A stretch of 64,000 nt of DNA from Candidatus Bathyarchaeota archaeon. GTDB lineage: Archaea > Thermoproteota > Bathyarchaeia > Bathyarchaeales > Bathycorpusculaceae. The notes beneath the pieces were generated by a model that worked only from the letters and a program-made list of their open reading frames with translations, was not told the DNA's origin and made no database searches. The stretch spans positions 288,001 through 352,000 of the forward strand of contig CAWFFH010000003.1 in NCBI GenBank assembly GCA_963815095.1, written 5' to 3'. Below, one piece after another: positions 1 through 10,396 of the stretch. Every line of letters starts with the position of its first letter. The first letter of the stretch is position 1. Both the position numbers and the translations under genes were made by a program.

Positions 1-507
1 CTTGAATTTGTTGGATTAACCAAACAAAGTGAAAAGATGGTTGAAGAATTGTCGGGGGGCATGAAAAAAGCCGCGATGATTGCTCGCGCTTTAATACATA
101 AGCCAAAGGTGCTTTTTCTTGATGAACCCACTGTGGGTTTGGATGTTCAAGTACGACGCAAAATGTGGGATTTGATTCGCAGTTTAAGCCAAAGTGGAAC
201 CACAATTTTTTTGACTACTCATTACATAGAGGAGGCAGAAGCATTATGTCACAGGGTTGGCATCGTCCACCAAGGGCGTTTGATTGCATTGGGAAAACCC
301 TCTGATCTTCGACAAACAGTTGGTATGGTAACAGTTGAAGTTATAGTTGAAGGATCCTCTACCAGTTATGAACATTTTCCTGACCGTGAAGCTGCAACAA
401 AATATGTCGAACGCGTTTCTTCTGATGCCAAAACTGTCATAATTCGTGATTCAAGCCTTGAAGATGTGTTTGTTGCCCTAACCGGAAAGAAAGTAGGTGA
501 AAACTAA
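1..507 (+). CDS. ABC transporter ATP-binding subunit (5'-truncated by window edge)
   Basis: LSGGM signature, Walker B VLFLDEPT, H-loop LTTHY; the frame is open back to base 1, so Walker A lies upstream of the window. Confidence 0.93.
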   Translation, partial: LEFVGLTKQSEKMVEELSGGMKKAAMIARALIHKPKVLFLDEPTVGLDVQVRRKMWDLIRSLSQSGTTIFLTTHYIEEAEALCHRVGIVHQGRLIALGKPSDLRQTVGMVTVEVIVEGSSTSYEHFPDREAATKYVERVSSDAKTVIIRDSSLEDVFVALTGKKVGEN

Positions 508-1257
508 ATGTTGCAGACTCTCCAAGACATCTATGCTGTTGTTTGGGTTGATTTGCGTTTTCTAAGTCGGAACTTGGGCAAAACAATGGCTCTAACTCTG
601 GTTGCACCAATTTTGTATCTTTTGGCTTTTGGTTATGGTTTGGGAAGAGGGGCCAGCATTGAAGGCTTTAGTTATCTTGAATTTGTTATTCCTGGAATTT
701 TAGCGCTTACAGCTATGACTACGGCATTTAACACTTCTGGCTTGAAGTTGCATGTGGATCGCTTATTCTACAAGTGCTTCGATGAGACTTTGATGTCACC
801 TGTAAGTGCGTTCTCAATAATCATAGGCAAAACCCTAATTGGGGTATTACGTGGATTGCTGAGTTCAGCTGCTTTGCTTTTGGCATGTCTTGCATTTTCA
901 CCCTTGCCCGCAGTTAGTCTACTATTTCCAATAAGTCTTGTTGTGACCTGTTTTGTGTTCTCATTTTTAGGCGTCATAGTTGCCTTGCTAGCAAAAACTC
1001 ATCAAGATATGACGCTGTTTATGAGTTTAGTTATTTTGCCCATGTCTTTTCTAAGCGGCACCTTCTTTTCACTAAACCAAGTTCCTGAGGCCTTAAACAT
1101 AATTCTCTCCCTATCGCCACTCACACATGCATGTCTATGTCTGCGAGCATCCGCGCTTGGACAACCTTTTCCTTGGGTTTCGTTGCTCATTCTGTCAATT
1201 TTTGGAGTTGCATTCTTTATGCTTTGCTTTGTCGCTCTTAAAAGAACCAATAAATGA
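508..1257 (+). CDS. ABC-2 type transporter permease
   Basis: About 6 TM segments, YLEFVIPGILA and FLSGTFFS..P motifs; abuts the ATPase stop codon. Confidence 0.9.
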   Translation: MLQTLQDIYAVVWVDLRFLSRNLGKTMALTLVAPILYLLAFGYGLGRGASIEGFSYLEFVIPGILALTAMTTAFNTSGLKLHVDRLFYKCFDETLMSPVSAFSIIIGKTLIGVLRGLLSSAALLLACLAFSPLPAVSLLFPISLVVTCFVFSFLGVIVALLAKTHQDMTLFMSLVILPMSFLSGTFFSLNQVPEALNIILSLSPLTHACLCLRASALGQPFPWVSLLILSIFGVAFFMLCFVALKRTNK

Positions 1258-1541
1258 AAAATCAAACTTCGACAAATTTAGCGTGGAAAAAATCCGTCTG
1301 TTTTGACCATGTGGCAAGGGAATAAAGTTTATAATAAGAATACTAGTCAACCACCCAACTTACAACTTATATGGCCTTTTTTCGCGCCTTTAGCTTCAAG
1401 CGAATAGAACTTGAAATTTTCACCATAATTATCAAAAGAGATCCTAATATAATTCTTAATTAGGCTAGAAAATTTTGGGATTATTATTACGCAAGTTGAG
1501 AAAGAAGTATTGACACAGCTGGTTAGTTCTAAGTCACACAA

Positions 1542-2444
1542 TTATTGAATGTTGGGTTCAATTTGTAAAGTTGTATGCTCTATTGAGAATTTATCCGCCA
1601 GTAACCTGTTTATTCTATCGATAATTTCCTTAAGATTCTCATTGGATAAATCTGCCTTCATATGAGCCGTTAACGAATACATTCCCGAAGTTATTTCCCA
1701 AATATGCATGTCATTTATTGAGACTATTTCAGGTATACTTTCCTTGATTGATGCTGACACTATCTCGATATTGATACCTTTTGGGGCTGTCTCCATTAGA
1801 ACATTAATTGAGTCTCTCAACAGTCCATACGCCCAAACAAAGATTAGAATTGAAATTCCAATACCTAATAAGGGGTCAATAAAATACCAACCAGTATAAG
1901 TAACAATGATTGCACCGATTATGATTACAACAGAAGATGCGGTGTCGGCAAACATGTGAAGGAACGCTCCTCGGACATTAAGGTCGTTTCTCATACTGTT
2001 TCTAAGAATCAATATACTTAGTCCATTTGCAGCTAAGCCTGCTAAAGCAACCAAGAACATTTCAAAGCCTAAAACTGGTTGTGGATTTAGTAAACGAACT
2101 ATCCCTTCGTAGAAAATATAGGCTGTGACTGCAAATAGGAATATGCTGTTAAACAGTGCAGCTAAGATTTCTGCTCTGTAATATCCATATGTGCGGTGAT
2201 GGCAGGGCTCTTTGCAAGCTATTATGATTGCCGTAAAACTAATCGCCAAAGCAAACAAATGAGTAAACATGTGACTAGCATCGCTTGCCAACGCCAAGCT
2301 ACCTGTTAACATGCTTCCAATGACTTCGATGACCATTACAGATGCGGTTATGAGCATCGACAAAATAAGGCGGTTTTTTGTTGCCCCTTTATACTCATGT
2401 ATATCCGACAGTTTGTCGAGTTGGGGTCGATGTTCATGTTTCAT
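1542..2444 (-). CDS. Cation diffusion facilitator (CzcD/ZitB-like Zn/Co/Cd efflux)
   Basis: SLALASDASHM, TYGYYRAEILAA, NVRGAFLHMFAD, DMHIWEIT, HTTLQIE motifs. Confidence 0.93.
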   Translation of the reverse strand: MKHEHRPQLDKLSDIHEYKGATKNRLILSMLITASVMVIEVIGSMLTGSLALASDASHMFTHLFALAISFTAIIIACKEPCHHRTYGYYRAEILAALFNSIFLFAVTAYIFYEGIVRLLNPQPVLGFEMFLVALAGLAANGLSILILRNSMRNDLNVRGAFLHMFADTASSVVIIIGAIIVTYTGWYFIDPLLGIGISILIFVWAYGLLRDSINVLMETAPKGINIEIVSASIKESIPEIVSINDMHIWEITSGMYSLTAHMKADLSNENLKEIIDRINRLLADKFSIEHTTLQIEPNIQ

Positions 2445-2784
2445 TCAATAACCTTTTTACAAACAGAACTGTTCACCTTTTAACCATAACGCTCACTGAA
2501 TTTCTTTTGTATGTTTATGAAAGAGCAAATTTAGATCGCTGCGACACTTATTGAGCAAACTTCAGTGGCTCCATCTTGACCGTGTTCGTTAACATGCTTA
2601 GCAAAAAAATGCAAGTTAGTATCGAAAATCCTGATAATTATCTGCTATTCTATCAATATTATTTTGAATTATTCTGTAATTTTAGGGGTTGCACGTTGGG
2701 GTTACAAAACCTTTGGATTTTCTGAGAATTAGATATTTTGTGTTTATAACAAAAAAAGAGAAAGGGAGTTTTGGTTGTGTTTTT

Positions 2785-5673
2785 TTAGTGCTTTCTAAGC
2801 ATCAATAATGTTGCAATGGCTATTGCGATAATTATTGCGACGGCTGCGATGACTATGTAGGTCATTAGGTCGGTTGTGGTTGCTAGGTTTCCTTGCGGTG
2901 CAGTTGTAGGTGCTGCTGTTGGGGCTGTTGTCACGGTCATTGCTGTTTCGGATGCTGATCCATAGTAGCTGTTGGTGCTTGCGAACGATACTGTAATTGT
3001 GTAGTCGCCTGGAACGTTTGGAGGCGTCCAAGTGTAGTGGTAGAGGCCTTGTGCGTCGGTTGTGGCTATGCCGATTTGGATCAAGTTGCCGTTCGGGTCA
3101 ACTGCTGTGAGTGACACGGTTACCCCAGTGAAGTCGGTTGGGCATGGTTTTTGCATGTAGATGTATTCCATCCATGCGCTTTCGCTTGCGTCGGATGCTA
3201 CTGGTACACCGTATGGAAAGTTAGCGGCTTGCTGGTTCTGCTTTGTGCCTGAAGAAATGTCCAAAACTGTGCCTTGCAATACTACTTTCTGCCCTACATT
3301 AATGGCGATTTGGGGTGCTGAGACAGTGGTAGCGCTGGGTCCTTGGCCGAAAGCATAGATTTGGTTGTCATACATGTTGTAATTAACATATTCGCCGTCT
3401 GCTACAGCGCCATGTGGGTATCCTGCGCCTCCATTATTTTCACCTTGGAATAGTGTAGTCCAGATCTGTTGGCCTGTTGTGGCGTTAAGAACCCATATTC
3501 TTTCGCCTTTGTAGTATGGTGATTGCGCTCCGTTGCCGTGTTGTTGACTGTAAACATAGACTTTTCCGTCTGCAATTGCAGAAATCATTGTGGGTAGAAG
3601 ACCCCAAGGAGAGTTAATTCCGTCATCTGTGCTGTTGCCTACGCCGCCATTACCGAATTGCCATAATAGGTTTCCTGTAGTCGTGCTGTAAGCCCAGATT
3701 TCTCCGCCGTAACCTTGAACGTAGATGTTTCCGTAAGCGCCAACAGCGCATTGTCCGATGCCGAGTCCGCTGCCGAAGTATTGGTATCCGTTTGTTATCG
3801 AATTTGTTGTTGGTCCCCAAAGCAAGGTGCCTGTATCTAAACTGTAGCCGAGCCATTGGAAAGTTTCTCCAATCTGCATTGTGAAAACACGTGTTGTGCC
3901 ATCTACAGGTCCGATTCTCTGCGTAAAGCTTCCAAGATCGTTGTTGCCACTCATCAAGTTTGGCGCAGTGTAGTCAGTCGCCCATAGTATCTGTCCAACA
4001 TTGCCGCGGCTTGCGTTGAGGTTAATTGCCCACATCGAGAACGGGTTTGGAGTGTACTGAGGTCCAACTGAAAGGGTTAATCCGCTACTTGTTCCCAGCA
4101 TAATATCACCTGGGAAAACTGCCAGAATTGTTGGTCCCCCCAAGGAAACTCCTGTCGTGGCGGTGGAATTGATAACAAGCCCATTTAAGTTGCCGTTTAT
4201 GGTCACGTTCCAGCTGTATGGATTGTAGTAAAATGCTGAAGTAGATGGAGTAGCAACGCTTCCGTCGATTGATCTGCCTACGGGTCTGTATGGACCTGAT
4301 GGGGCTGCATTGTTAAAGACTACTGCTGTTGAGTTCCAGAGAGCTAGCCATCCAGTTTTGGTGGCTGTGTTGTAGTTAAGGACATATCTTAGAAGTTCGC
4401 CGCTTGGGCCATAGGCGGGCATTACAGTCTGTTCTTGTAGCAGTCCGCCGCCTGGACCGTACTGGTTCCAGTTTTGGGGAACATTTGTAATGTTGAAAAC
4501 CCAGTTTCCAGTGAAGCCATCATAAGCTATCCATGTAACATTTGACATCGTAACGCCAGGAGCAATTGTGACTGCTTGGGGTAGGGTCCAGGCTTGCCAG
4601 AGGTATCCGCTTGGGATAATGCCGGATTGGTTAGGATCGACTTCATTGAATAGTTGTCCCCATGTTGGGCAATATGTTGGGTCTGTTTTTGTCCAGATGG
4701 TTTGTCCAGTGCGCAGATCAACGCAGACATAAGCTCCACCATAAGCTACCCCATTAACTATAGTGTATTGACGGGAGGTGCTAGTGCCAGAGCCTCCTAA
4801 ATCACTTAGGGGCATTTTGTAGTAGAGATATCCACCCATTATTATTGGTTCGCCGAATACTGGCTCGTATGAACTACCTGAATAGAATGTTGCTCCAGGA
4901 ACTGCTGTGTTGCTTCCTCCAACGACTCCACCAAACTCCAGGGGTTTTGTCCACATTATGTGGCCGCTGTTAGGCGCTGTGCCGTCCGGTTGCCAAAGAT
5001 TATAACCACTCTGTTGGAAAGACCCAAATTGCGATGAATAATAACCCGAACCTAGCCAATTTGATGCGATACTGTACCAGTTTGTGTTCTGGCCTTCTAT
5101 AGGACGAGTCCAGTACTCAGTTGGAAGTGGATAGTTGATGGTTTGCAATGGTTGTTGTTGTACTGTGAATGTTTCAATTGCTTGATCAGACAAGTAAACG
5201 TCGCCGGCAAGAGCGTTGATTGAAGTGTTAGTTGCAGCTGTAAGTGGAACAGTGGAAGTTACTTGGGATAGGGTTGGGTATGTCATTCCTTGGAAGACAA
5301 ATGTTGCAGTGTAATTACCTTCCTGCGTAGGAGTGTATGTAGTGAATTGTTCTCCTCCAGTGTTATCGACAACGGCAAAGGTTTGGGTGGTGTTTGTCCC
5401 GTCGGGCGCCGTGATGGTCAGTACGTAGTTTTCTTTTCTGATGTTGTTAGTGATTACTGAGTTAGGTAGTGGCTGAGCGGTCCATATTAGAATGTTCAAT
5501 GTTTGGCCCACTCCAATTGGGTTGGGCGCGATTGCGATGTAACAGTGATCTTGGATAGTCCATGGTGGTGAATGTGCTTTAGTTATAGGTACTATTGTGG
5601 TTGAAGCTGCTATTGATAGGATGAATAATAAAACAATTGTCATTGCTGCTATTTTGTTTTTTAGTTCTTTCAT
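2785..5673 (-). CDS. Large secreted, membrane-anchored PQQ-like beta-propeller repeat surface protein
   Basis: Signal peptide after MKELKNK (ATG at 5673, preceded by AGGAAG and an A run); repeated (D/N)xxTGxxxW blades; LPTEYWTRPI motif; Thr/Pro linker, TM helix and RKH tail. Confidence 0.8.
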   Translation of the reverse strand: MKELKNKIAAMTIVLLFILSIAASTTIVPITKAHSPPWTIQDHCYIAIAPNPIGVGQTLNILIWTAQPLPNSVITNNIRKENYVLTITAPDGTNTTQTFAVVDNTGGEQFTTYTPTQEGNYTATFVFQGMTYPTLSQVTSTVPLTAATNTSINALAGDVYLSDQAIETFTVQQQPLQTINYPLPTEYWTRPIEGQNTNWYSIASNWLGSGYYSSQFGSFQQSGYNLWQPDGTAPNSGHIMWTKPLEFGGVVGGSNTAVPGATFYSGSSYEPVFGEPIIMGGYLYYKMPLSDLGGSGTSTSRQYTIVNGVAYGGAYVCVDLRTGQTIWTKTDPTYCPTWGQLFNEVDPNQSGIIPSGYLWQAWTLPQAVTIAPGVTMSNVTWIAYDGFTGNWVFNITNVPQNWNQYGPGGGLLQEQTVMPAYGPSGELLRYVLNYNTATKTGWLALWNSTAVVFNNAAPSGPYRPVGRSIDGSVATPSTSAFYYNPYSWNVTINGNLNGLVINSTATTGVSLGGPTILAVFPGDIMLGTSSGLTLSVGPQYTPNPFSMWAINLNASRGNVGQILWATDYTAPNLMSGNNDLGSFTQRIGPVDGTTRVFTMQIGETFQWLGYSLDTGTLLWGPTTNSITNGYQYFGSGLGIGQCAVGAYGNIYVQGYGGEIWAYSTTTGNLLWQFGNGGVGNSTDDGINSPWGLLPTMISAIADGKVYVYSQQHGNGAQSPYYKGERIWVLNATTGQQIWTTLFQGENNGGAGYPHGAVADGEYVNYNMYDNQIYAFGQGPSATTVSAPQIAINVGQKVVLQGTVLDISSGTKQNQQAANFPYGVPVASDASESAWMEYIYMQKPCPTDFTGVTVSLTAVDPNGNLIQIGIATTDAQGLYHYTWTPPNVPGDYTITVSFASTNSYYGSASETAMTVTTAPTAAPTTAPQGNLATTTDLMTYIVIAAVAIIIAIAIATLLMLRKH

Positions 5674-5695
5674 TTTTTTCTTCCTAAAAATTTTA

Positions 5696-5758
5696 TTGAA
5701 CGAAAAGCCTAAGGCTTCTAGTTCAAGCATTTTTATTTATTTTTATAGCTTATAAGAT
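5696..5758 (-). promoter_or_regulatory. TATA box (ATCTTATAAGC) and 5'-leader hairpin of beta-propeller gene 1
   Basis: Minus-strand ATCTTATAAGC at 5758-5748; inverted repeat TTGAAC..AAGCC/GGCTT..GTTCAA at 5696-5726. Confidence 0.55.
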
Positions 5759-5895
5759 GTAGTTGGTGGCTAAGCACAATCACATAACTAATAGGAACCG
5801 CCCGATAGAATGCATAAACCTGTGAAACCGCGTCAATAGTCATATAATAGATGAAGTTACTTTTGAGTTTCTAATGGGACCCAAATAGGTTTGCA

Positions 5896-6189
5896 TTAGC
5901 CCCCACCGACAGGCGGAAGAACCGCTAAAACAGCCCCATCATTAAGCTCAGTTTCTAATCCATTGAGTGTTGAGATGCTTGTGCCGTTTATGAGGAACTG
6001 GAGAAAACCCTTCGGCTGCCCTGTTTCGCCGTTGTAAACATATTCTATGAAGGGTTTACCGTATTTGCTGGAAAGCGTTTTAAGAACCAAATCAACCGAA
6101 ACCCTCTCTCCATAATTAAACGTTAGGGTTTCTTCGCGGTTACCAACAATTTCTCGTAGAGTAGTAAAAAAGCGGACAACAACTTTCAC
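5896..6189 (-). CDS. MoaD/SAMP family ubiquitin-like sulfur carrier or protein modifier
   Basis: MKVVVRFF start, LINGT..L..DG..LAVLPPVGGG C-terminal diglycine. Confidence 0.9.
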   Translation of the reverse strand: MKVVVRFFTTLREIVGNREETLTFNYGERVSVDLVLKTLSSKYGKPFIEYVYNGETGQPKGFLQFLINGTSISTLNGLETELNDGAVLAVLPPVGGG

Positions 6190-6307
6190 AGCTTCGCACC
6201 GAGGTAGTATAACAAAAGTGTGGAAATTAACCCTTACGTCCCTTTCGATAAGTTACAGGAGAATAATTTAACAACTAAGAAGACAATAAACAGGTTGAGG
6301 TTTTACA

Positions 6308-7078
6308 ATGAAGTTGAGTTTGTCTAATGGGATTTTTTGCAAGCTGCGTTTAGATGAAAACTTTAATGCCGTTAAACAGCTCGGGTTCGAAGACATTGAG
6401 TTTAACATGAAATCCATCAAAAAGGAACACGACACCGATGTTTATCGTGAACAAAAAGCATTAGCTAAATCAGGGTTGAATTGTTTAACGCTTCACTCGG
6501 CGGTTCTGCATGTAAAAGACCCTATTGAGGTTCATCAGGCCGTTTATTATGGAAAAATCTCCCTCGAATGCGCCCGTGCGCTACATACCTCCCTTGTAAC
6601 TGTTCATTCGAATGTTTCAAAAAAGCTGCCCAGAGACGTCAGGGAGAAGTGTCTGAGAGAGGTTTTTGGAGAAATCAAACCCTTCGCCAAACAGTTGGGT
6701 ATAAAATTGTCTTTAGAAAACCTGTCGTATACTTCCACAGGATTTGGCAAAAACGTGGAACAGCTTAACGAAATCCTCAGTGTCATAGACCCAGAAAGTG
6801 AGATGGGGATAACTTTTGATTTGTGCCATGCCCTTGAAACCAAAGAAGTAGATAATTTGCTTGAGGCTTATGGCAGACGCGTCTGCAACGTTCACATGGC
6901 CAACAAATCCCATAAACCCTTCACAGAAGAAACCCCAGAGTTAATAGAGTTCCTAACTAAGCTGAATTCATACGATTACAAAGGACCAATAACATTGGAA
7001 CTTGAACACAAAACACCTAAAGAAGAAATTGCAAAATCCAAAGCCTTTTTTGAAAAGATTCTAAAGAAATTTAAATAA
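6308..7078 (+). CDS. Sugar phosphate isomerase/epimerase (xylose isomerase-like TIM barrel)
   Basis: LSLENL, ITFDLCH, NVHMAN, YKGPITLE metal-binding motifs. Confidence 0.85.
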   Translation: MKLSLSNGIFCKLRLDENFNAVKQLGFEDIEFNMKSIKKEHDTDVYREQKALAKSGLNCLTLHSAVLHVKDPIEVHQAVYYGKISLECARALHTSLVTVHSNVSKKLPRDVREKCLREVFGEIKPFAKQLGIKLSLENLSYTSTGFGKNVEQLNEILSVIDPESEMGITFDLCHALETKEVDNLLEAYGRRVCNVHMANKSHKPFTEETPELIEFLTKLNSYDYKGPITLELEHKTPKEEIAKSKAFFEKILKKFK

Positions 7079-7172
7079 ACTTTCTGCTTTAGCACCATTT
7101 GTTTTACTATTCCTAGTGATGAATTTACGAAAGAATTTTGGGCACATTTTTAAATCACTAATCAAATAATGG

Positions 7173-9539
7173 TTGGTGTTATTTCGTAGTGGAGAGCCAA
7201 AAAACCAAATGGTTTCTAAAGACGCGGATTTCGGCGCCGTTGATAAGCAAAACGTACGTCCAACCCCAAATGTAACGATGTCGAAAGAGACAGTTTACTT
7301 GAGAAATGCCGTCGTAATCTTTGCTGGCGGAGTAAGTTTAGCGGTGCTGTACCTTTTAAGTCGCCAAAACTACCTGTTCTTTCACAGCATTGTAGAAATC
7401 TTTAGCATTGTTATAGCTTTTGCCATTTTTGCAATATCTTGGAACAGTAGACGCTTAATCGATAATAATTTTTTTGTTTTCATCGGCATCGCTTTCCTCT
7501 TTGTAGCTGGATTAGACGTGTTTCATACTTTAGCCTATAAGGGAATGGGGGTTTTTCCAAGTTTTGTGGGTCCTAATTTGGCAACTCAACTTTGGATTGC
7601 AACAAGATATGTGCTCGGTTTCTCATTCTTAATTCCCATAGTATTCATCCAACGTAAAATTAAACCAATTTTAATTGTTGCGGGTTATGCTGTAGTCTCT
7701 GCTTTGATTATTGCTTCAATTTTTAGTTGGCAAAATTTCCCAGTGGCTTACAATAACAGTACTCTTAGTTTAACAGTTTTTAAAGTAGGCAGCGAATATG
7801 CTATCTCAATAGTAATTCTTGCTGCTATAGCTGTTTTGATTATTAAACGTAGAGAATTCAGTTCAAATGTCTTCAAGCTTCTGTTAACTGCCATGGCTCT
7901 GGCAATTTCCACTGAAATGGCCTTCACCCTCTACACCGATGTTTATGGCATTGCAAACATGGTGGGACACCTACTTAACGTTGTCTCCTTCTACCTAATT
8001 TACAGGGCATTAATCGAAACAGGTCTCACCAAACCCTACGAGCTACTTTTCCGCAACCTAAAACAAAGCGAAACAACATTGGCAAACCGAGCAAATGAAC
8101 TAACAAAAGTCAACATACAATTGGAGAAAGAGATTGCTGAACGACAAATCACCGAAGAGGCACTGCGAGAAAGCGAAGACCGTCTCAAATTAAAATTGGA
8201 TTCTGTTCTTTCTCCAGATGTTGAATTAGATCAATCAGACATAACCAACATAATAGACGTAACTAGAGTTCAAGCAACTATGGACCGCCTTTACTCAGTA
8301 ACAGGGATGGGTTTCGCGTTAATTGACCTCAAAGGAAAAGTGCTCGTTGGCACAGGTTGGCAAGACATATGCACCAAATTCCATCGCGTAAACCCCACGA
8401 CCTGCAAGAACTGCGTGGAAAGCGATGTACAACTTACAAGCGGACTTGAAAACGGCGAAATCCGTCTTTATAAATGCAAAAACTACATGTGGGATGTAGC
8501 GACTCCTCTATTCATTGGCGAAAACCATGTAGCTAACGTATTCTTTGGTCAATTCTTCTTTGATAACGAAAAAATCGACCGAACCCTGTTTGCTTCGCAA
8601 GCTGAAAAATATGGGTTTGACAAGCAAGAATATCTTGGAGCTTTTGATCGGATTCCAAGGTTTAGCCGAGAAAAAATTCAAGACCTTATGATTTTCTATT
8701 CTAGATTATCAGAGCTGATTTCGAAAATGAGCTACTCTAACCTTAAACTCGCAAAGACTCTCTGCAACCAAAAAGAGCTTCAGGGAAAACTGGAAGAAAA
8801 AGCTATTGAAGTTGAAGAATACGCTTCCCAGATGGAAGAGTTAGCGGATGAGAGGGCAAAAAAACTCAAGGATGCTGAGCGGATGGCGGCGATAGGACAT
8901 ACTGCAGGTATGGTTGGGCATGATATTCGCAATCCCTTGCAGGCGATAACTAGTGAACTGTACCTTGAAAAACTTGAGATTGACTCTCTTGCTGACGGTG
9001 AAGTCAAAGAAAACCTTCTGGAAAGCATCCGTGGTATTGAAGAAAACTTGGTTTACATTAACAAGATTGTAGCTGACTTGCAGGATTATGCTAGACCGCT
9101 AAACCCCAAGAAAGAGGATGTTGATGCTGAAAAAGCCATCAAGGATGCTTCTTCTATGGTGATTATACCTGGCAATGTGGAATTATCAATAAATGTTGAA
9201 AATCAGCTTCCGCACCTCTTAACTGACTCTACAATGTTTAAGCGAATGCTAGTAAACCTGATTCAAAACGCAGTTCAAGCCATGCCTTATGGCGGAAACC
9301 TAACTATAGTCGCCTACAGCAAAAAACAAAATGTTACAATTGACATAAAAGACACGGGCGAAGGCATACCTCAAGAAGTCCGCGATAAATTGTACTCACC
9401 ATTAGTTACTACGAAATCCAAGGGACAAGGCTTCGGATTAGCAGTAGTTAAACGCATGGCAGAAGCCATAAACTGCACCATAACCTTCGATAGCGAACAG
9501 GGAAAAGGCACAAAATTCACCTTACAATTTCAAACCTAA
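7173..9539 (+). CDS. Sensor histidine kinase with MASE3 membrane domain and PocR domain
   Basis: NYLFFHSIVEIFSI (MASE3); GWQDICTKFHR..C..SD..YKCKN (PocR); H-box GHDIRNPL; N, G1 and G2 boxes; exact start uncertain. Confidence 0.88.
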   Translation: MVLFRSGEPKNQMVSKDADFGAVDKQNVRPTPNVTMSKETVYLRNAVVIFAGGVSLAVLYLLSRQNYLFFHSIVEIFSIVIAFAIFAISWNSRRLIDNNFFVFIGIAFLFVAGLDVFHTLAYKGMGVFPSFVGPNLATQLWIATRYVLGFSFLIPIVFIQRKIKPILIVAGYAVVSALIIASIFSWQNFPVAYNNSTLSLTVFKVGSEYAISIVILAAIAVLIIKRREFSSNVFKLLLTAMALAISTEMAFTLYTDVYGIANMVGHLLNVVSFYLIYRALIETGLTKPYELLFRNLKQSETTLANRANELTKVNIQLEKEIAERQITEEALRESEDRLKLKLDSVLSPDVELDQSDITNIIDVTRVQATMDRLYSVTGMGFALIDLKGKVLVGTGWQDICTKFHRVNPTTCKNCVESDVQLTSGLENGEIRLYKCKNYMWDVATPLFIGENHVANVFFGQFFFDNEKIDRTLFASQAEKYGFDKQEYLGAFDRIPRFSREKIQDLMIFYSRLSELISKMSYSNLKLAKTLCNQKELQGKLEEKAIEVEEYASQMEELADERAKKLKDAERMAAIGHTAGMVGHDIRNPLQAITSELYLEKLEIDSLADGEVKENLLESIRGIEENLVYINKIVADLQDYARPLNPKKEDVDAEKAIKDASSMVIIPGNVELSINVENQLPHLLTDSTMFKRMLVNLIQNAVQAMPYGGNLTIVAYSKKQNVTIDIKDTGEGIPQEVRDKLYSPLVTTKSKGQGFGLAVVKRMAEAINCTITFDSEQGKGTKFTLQFQT

Positions 9540-9540
9540 A

Positions 9541-10392
9541 CTATTTTTTGAAACTTAACGACGCATATCCTACTACACTTGAGTGGTCGCCTGTGATATC
9601 GCCACTGTTGTGGTAGCTCAAAAGCTGAGCTTTAGCCATCACGCCTTGAGCATAAGTGATTAAAGAGGTAATCGGTGCGTAACCGCATGCCGTTATGTTT
9701 TGGGTTTCAACGGTTTGGTAGAAACGTTTGGCATCCATATCGGTGACTGCCTTGAGGGCGGCTTGATCTTTTGTGGCTGCCGCTTTGGCGGGTTCATAAT
9801 GGGTCATGTCAGAAGAAGCAATTACCACGGTATTTGTCTCGTTTAATGCTTCCACTAGGGCACGCCCAACTTCGAGGGCTGATTCGTAATCCTGCATCAA
9901 ATAGCAGATGGGTACAATTTTGAATGTGTTACCATAGAGGAATTGTAGAAATGGCAGTTCCACCTCGATTGAGTGCTCGTAACGGTGTGCGACTTCATCG
10001 ACATCTACGATTTTAGTTTCACGCAATATCGAATCAGCCAACCCAGAATCTACTTCCACATCTCCAAGTGGTGTACGCCAGATGCCTTCACGCATTAAAG
10101 CTAAAGCGCTGCCGTAGCCAGTATGGTTGGGACCTAAAAGCACAACTGTATCAGGTTTGCCATCGATAGCTAATTCATAAAAAGCATGTGCCGCTACGGG
10201 ACCAGAATAAACGTAGCCCGCGTGGGGACAAATTAAACCCACAATGTTTCGTGGGTAACTATGAAAATTAACTTTGGGAAGTTTTCTTGGACCGAGCTGG
10301 TGGAGAAAACAAGAGGTAATTTGTGCTCTAAGCGCTTCGGCGTCGCCCTCATAAAATTGAGAAGCAACTGTTGGACGCCGAATAGTGGGCAA
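9541..10392 (-). CDS. MEMO1 / AmmeMemoRadiSam system protein B
   Basis: RRPTVASQFY, PHAGYVYSG, GPNHTG, EHSIEVELPFLQ, ASSDMTHY, CGYAP; TTG start at 10392 inferred. Confidence 0.93.
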   Translation of the reverse strand: MPTIRRPTVASQFYEGDAEALRAQITSCFLHQLGPRKLPKVNFHSYPRNIVGLICPHAGYVYSGPVAAHAFYELAIDGKPDTVVLLGPNHTGYGSALALMREGIWRTPLGDVEVDSGLADSILRETKIVDVDEVAHRYEHSIEVELPFLQFLYGNTFKIVPICYLMQDYESALEVGRALVEALNETNTVVIASSDMTHYEPAKAAATKDQAALKAVTDMDAKRFYQTVETQNITACGYAPITSLITYAQGVMAKAQLLSYHNSGDITGDHSSVVGYASLSFKK

Positions 10393-10396
10393 AAAT

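Noticed and set aside
2785-5673. Beta-propeller proteins as PQQ-dependent dehydrogenases, and the rSAM as PqqE
   Set aside because: Only generic Trp-docking blade motifs are seen, with no recognisable catalytic signature, no pqqB/pqqC and no ExxxY PqqA peptide.
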